Assembly: GCA_964589175.1 (NCBI GenBank)
Contig: CAZPRY010000015.1
Coordinates: 18,530 to 82,529 of the forward strand
From: an uncultured bacterium
GTDB lineage: Bacteria > Fidelibacterota > UBA2242
Direction: 5' to 3'
Length of the DNA: 64,000 nucleotides
Shown here: piece after piece, positions 60,587 to 64,000 of the stretch
Position numbering within the stretch: the stretch's first letter is position 1
Layout of the letters: the number at the start of each line of letters is the position of its first letter
Program-made: the position numbers and the translations under genes
The notes under the pieces: model-generated
The model's input: the letters and a program-made list of their open reading frames with translations, nothing else
What the model was told of the DNA's origin: nothing
Database searches by the model: none

Positions 60587-61027
60587 ATGCTGAAGTACAA
60601 GTTGACTAATCCTGACATCATCTCGGCGCTCGCCGCTGCCGGTCACGGGGCAAAAGTGCTGATTGCCGATTCGAACTATCCGGCAAGTACCAAAATTGGC
60701 GAAAAAGCGCAACTGGTCTATTTAAATGTGACAGCGGGAATTCCTTCGGCTATGGAGGTACTGAAGGTTCTGCTTGATGCAATTGAGGTTGAATCCGCTC
60801 AGGTAATGCAGCCCGACGACGGCAGTGAACCGACGATTTTCAAAGAATTCAGAAACATTCTCCCTAACAAGATTCAAATTGAAAAGTTGGCAAGGAATGA
60901 ATTTTATAACGCCGTTTACAGTCCGGATACCTGTCTGGTAATCCAAACCGGCGAACAGAGACTATATGCAAATTTGTTAATAACAATCGGCGCAATTGCC
61001 CTCAATGAAAAGGAGAATAACCGATGA
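60587..61027 (+). CDS. RbsD/FucU family mutarotase/pyranase
   Basis: MLK, AAGHGAKVLIADSNYP, FY, VIQTGEQRLYANLLITIG. Confidence 0.92.
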   Translation: MLKYKLTNPDIISALAAAGHGAKVLIADSNYPASTKIGEKAQLVYLNVTAGIPSAMEVLKVLLDAIEVESAQVMQPDDGSEPTIFKEFRNILPNKIQIEKLARNEFYNAVYSPDTCLVIQTGEQRLYANLLITIGAIALNEKENNR

Positions 61028-62580
61028 AAATGAAAGTTGGCGTATTTTCACCGAATGATCCCAGGCCCTGGGTTAGGGAAGAAAATATTGAAATGATGTT
61101 GTCTCATGAAAAGTCCCTTGTGGACACCCTGGAAGGAGAAGGGATAGAGGTAGTGCGCGGAGGAGAGGGATTTCCACGTGAAGATCAGATAGCCTGGAAT
61201 ACCGGATTGGTCAGGGCGCAGGTCAAGAATATCGCCAGGACAAAGCCGGATGCCCTGATTATAAATCAAGGTTCGTGGACATTTCCCTATGATTCGGTGG
61301 ATGCCGTGAAAGCATTTATGCGTGAGACCAATGATATTGCCCGTGTAATCATGTTTTCTTATAAAGATACGCAATATCCCGGATTAGTCGCCGGCATGGC
61401 TGCCGGAGGTGGTTTAAAGAGAATTGGTATTCCATTTTCATCGTGTTATGGCATTATTGATAAGGACCCGGAGACCAAAAAATGGCTGCTCGACATTTTG
61501 AGCTTTTATAAGAGAAGAGCCGAATCGGAAAAGGTAGTGAAGGATGCTATCTACAAATTAGGAGATCAGAAATACTTGTCGTTGGGCGGAATGGCTTTGA
61601 AAATGTCAACGACAACCGCCGATGTTGATCTGTGGCAAAAACTATTCGGGATCAGCTTTGAGACGCTTGATCAATCAGAGATGACCATCCGCGCATTAAA
61701 GATGGTCGATTGGGAGGGAAAACCGGGCGAAAGCGATTATTCAATTAAAGACAGCCGGGTAAAGGCTGCTATTGATTACATTTGGGTGAATAAACACGGC
61801 ACATTTGATTTTTCCCGTGACAAGCTCAAAAATATTAACAAATTTATCTACCAGATGTCGTTTTATTATGCAGCCTTGGATCTGGTTGCTGAATATGGAA
61901 TTACTTTCCTGGGCGTTAAATGCCAGGATGAAATATCGGCTCGTGAATGCACAGCCTGTTTGGTGACCTCGTTTATGAGTAATGATGTCGGGCCGGATGG
62001 CTGTCGGAAACAGATTATTCCATCCGCCTGTGAAAACGATATGGATTCGGCTTTAACTCAGCTTTGGCTGAACTTGTTATCGGGTAAACCGGCCGGATTT
62101 GGCGATTTTCGTGATGTCGATGGGGATATTCTGGCGATTGTCAACTGCGGCCAGCATCCTCCGTACTTTTTCGGCGGGCCGGAAGAAGATTCGGTGAAAA
62201 AACTGGATAATGTGGAATACATGGGACAGGAAATATTCTATGCTGCCGGCGGTTCTTCGGTTCGCGGTAGGACACCCGGTGGGCACAAGATGACGATTGC
62301 GCGGCTGGGCAGAGAAAATCTCCGCTATCAGCTTGTCGCTACGGTAATGGATACGATTAATGTATCTCCTGAAGAACATAATAATTATGATTTTTCATGG
62401 CCTATTATCCGGGGAAAAGTGCCGATCCCTGGAAAGGTTTTGATTGATATCTGGCCATGCAATCATTTAGGTTTTGCGTTTGGTGATTACACACCGCAAC
62501 TGGTGGAAATGGCGCAGCAATTGGACATTGGATTCAGGATATATGATGAAAAAGGCCGCGAGTACTACAAAGCGACCTAA
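61024..62580 (+). CDS. L-fucose/D-arabinose isomerase-like protein
   Basis: GVKCQDE, ACENDMDSALT, NCGQHP, GHKMTIARL, WP...G, NH..FAFGD; ATGA overlap. Confidence 0.75.
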   Translation: MKMKVGVFSPNDPRPWVREENIEMMLSHEKSLVDTLEGEGIEVVRGGEGFPREDQIAWNTGLVRAQVKNIARTKPDALIINQGSWTFPYDSVDAVKAFMRETNDIARVIMFSYKDTQYPGLVAGMAAGGGLKRIGIPFSSCYGIIDKDPETKKWLLDILSFYKRRAESEKVVKDAIYKLGDQKYLSLGGMALKMSTTTADVDLWQKLFGISFETLDQSEMTIRALKMVDWEGKPGESDYSIKDSRVKAAIDYIWVNKHGTFDFSRDKLKNINKFIYQMSFYYAALDLVAEYGITFLGVKCQDEISARECTACLVTSFMSNDVGPDGCRKQIIPSACENDMDSALTQLWLNLLSGKPAGFGDFRDVDGDILAIVNCGQHPPYFFGGPEEDSVKKLDNVEYMGQEIFYAAGGSSVRGRTPGGHKMTIARLGRENLRYQLVATVMDTINVSPEEHNNYDFSWPIIRGKVPIPGKVLIDIWPCNHLGFAFGDYTPQLVEMAQQLDIGFRIYDEKGREYYKAT

Positions 62581-62600
62581 AGAGGAATGAAGCGAACACT

Positions 62601-64000
62601 ATGCTTTCCATGAGGGGTGTTACCAAAGAATTTTCCGGGATATTTGCACTTCAAAATGTCGATTTTGAAGTGCTGCCCGGTGAAGTCATGGCTCTTATGG
62701 GCGAAAACGGCGCCGGCAAATCCACCCTAATGAAAATTCTGGCAGGAGTTTACACAGATTGGGGTGGCAAAATATCAGTTGACCAAAAGGAACTGCGATT
62801 TAAAAATACCCGGGAAGCGGAAGATGCCGGAATCGGGATTATTTACCAGGAACTGAATCTGGTACCGGAACTTACGGTAGCTGAGAACATGTTTTTAGGG
62901 CGAGAGCCAACCCGATTCGGCACAGTGATCGATTTTCCTCAAATGAACAGAATGGCTAGTGATATTCTCACTGAATTGCATTTTACGGAACCGGTGATGA
63001 CGCCGGTGTCACGATTGCGGGTTGGGCGTCAACAGCTAGTGGAAATTGGTAAAGCGCTTTCATTAAATGCCCGCGTTCTGATTATGGATGAACCGACTTC
63101 GGCGCTCTCTGAAAAAGAATCCCAAATCCTTCTGAAGGTAGTAAAACAGCTCCGGGATCGGGGCGTTTCGATCATCTATATTACTCATCGGATTGCAGAA
63201 GTATTTGAGATTGCGGACCGGGTTACGGTTTTGCGGGATGGATGTCTCGTGGCAGTAGAGGCGATTCAGAATATGGACCGTCAAAAACTGATCCGGCTGA
63301 TGGTTGGCCGGGACTTTAAGAAGTTCTATTTCAAAGCTGGAAAACCGAAAGATGATGTATTGGTCAAGGTTACGAACTTGACCAGGAAACATACCAATCC
63401 ATCACGAAAACCGCTGGTTGATAATGTCAGTTTTGAAGTGCGCAAAGGGGAGCAATTTGGGATCGCCGGGCTTCTGGGGGCCGGGCGAACAGAATTGCTT
63501 GAGACCCTTTTTGGCGTCGATCCGTCGCACACTACTGGAACCATCGAGATGAACAGTGAGGAAATAAGATTATCGAATCCCAAGCAGGCGATTGAGGCGG
63601 GAATCGGATTCATAACGGAGGATCGCAAAGGCAGTGGCCTTGTGCTGAGTATGGATATTTGCCAGAATCTGACGCTGGCAGCCCTTGATTCACTCCTGCA
63701 ATATTCAATTCTTTCAAGGAAAAAAGAAAACGCCGTTGTCGATCAATACATCGATCAATTGTCGATCCAAACCAAGAATCCCAAAAATTCAATCAATTCG
63801 CTTTCCGGCGGAAATCAGCAGAAAGTACTCTTGGCGAAATGGCTGGCGACTGAACCCAAATTGCTCCTGCTGGACGAACCGACCCGCGGCATCGATGTGG
63901 GCGCGAAACATCAGATTTATGTGTTACTGTCCGAACTCGCCAACCAGGGAATTTCAATCATTATGGCATCTTCTGAACTACTGGAACTGCTTTCAATCTG
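62601..64000 (+). CDS. Monosaccharide (CUT2) ABC transporter ATP-binding protein, RbsA/MglA-like; runs off the window end
   Basis: Not in the ORF track. Read manually: MLSMRGVTKEFSGIFALQNVDF...GENGAGKSTLMK, MDEPTSAL, second cassette LSGGNQQKVLLAKW...LLDEPTRGIDVGAK. Confidence 0.93.
   Translation, partial: MLSMRGVTKEFSGIFALQNVDFEVLPGEVMALMGENGAGKSTLMKILAGVYTDWGGKISVDQKELRFKNTREAEDAGIGIIYQELNLVPELTVAENMFLGREPTRFGTVIDFPQMNRMASDILTELHFTEPVMTPVSRLRVGRQQLVEIGKALSLNARVLIMDEPTSALSEKESQILLKVVKQLRDRGVSIIYITHRIAEVFEIADRVTVLRDGCLVAVEAIQNMDRQKLIRLMVGRDFKKFYFKAGKPKDDVLVKVTNLTRKHTNPSRKPLVDNVSFEVRKGEQFGIAGLLGAGRTELLETLFGVDPSHTTGTIEMNSEEIRLSNPKQAIEAGIGFITEDRKGSGLVLSMDICQNLTLAALDSLLQYSILSRKKENAVVDQYIDQLSIQTKNPKNSINSLSGGNQQKVLLAKWLATEPKLLLLDEPTRGIDVGAKHQIYVLLSELANQGISIIMASSELLELLSI

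Overview
Chromosomal segment from a diderm bacterium of the FCB/KSB1/Calditrichota type; this is inferred from the many proteins ending in YPNPFNP-type C-terminal sorting domains and a PorV-like gene. The window has three blocks. (1) 1-45969, all + strand: a very large glycan/glycoconjugate utilisation locus headed by a sigma-54 activator. It carries a TonB-dependent receptor / CTD protein / PorV-like triad instead of SusC/SusD, ABC and MFS sugar transport, GH38-, GH42-, GH130- and DUF2961/GH172-like enzymes, and several mannose-entry enzymes. It also has three uronate-isomerase-like amidohydrolases and an expanded family of five gluzincin-like (HExxH) secreted proteins, one lacking the motif. 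(2) About 46021-53750: an AT-rich accessory island with the hallmarks of an integron cassette array lacking an integrase. Two attC-like sites of about 130 bp with matching core/inverse-core pairs delimit a small lipoprotein cassette and an unusually large (about 5.15 kb) five-gene cassette: radical SAM/SPASM, SET methyltransferase, agmatine-deiminase family, SDR, and a PAS-coiled coil-TIR protein. This operon is the most novel-looking system in the window. Next to it lie a divergent hypothetical gene, a 20/21-bp periodic repeat tract and an IS1595 relic. (3) 54561-64000: a LacI-controlled pentose locus with three tandem operators, a second GH172-like enzyme, an acetylesterase, an FGGY kinase, FucU/RbsD, a fucose/D-arabinose isomerase-like protein and an ABC ATPase cut by the window end. 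No rRNA, tRNA or CRISPR array was recognised. All protein assignments come from motif recognition only; no database search was run.
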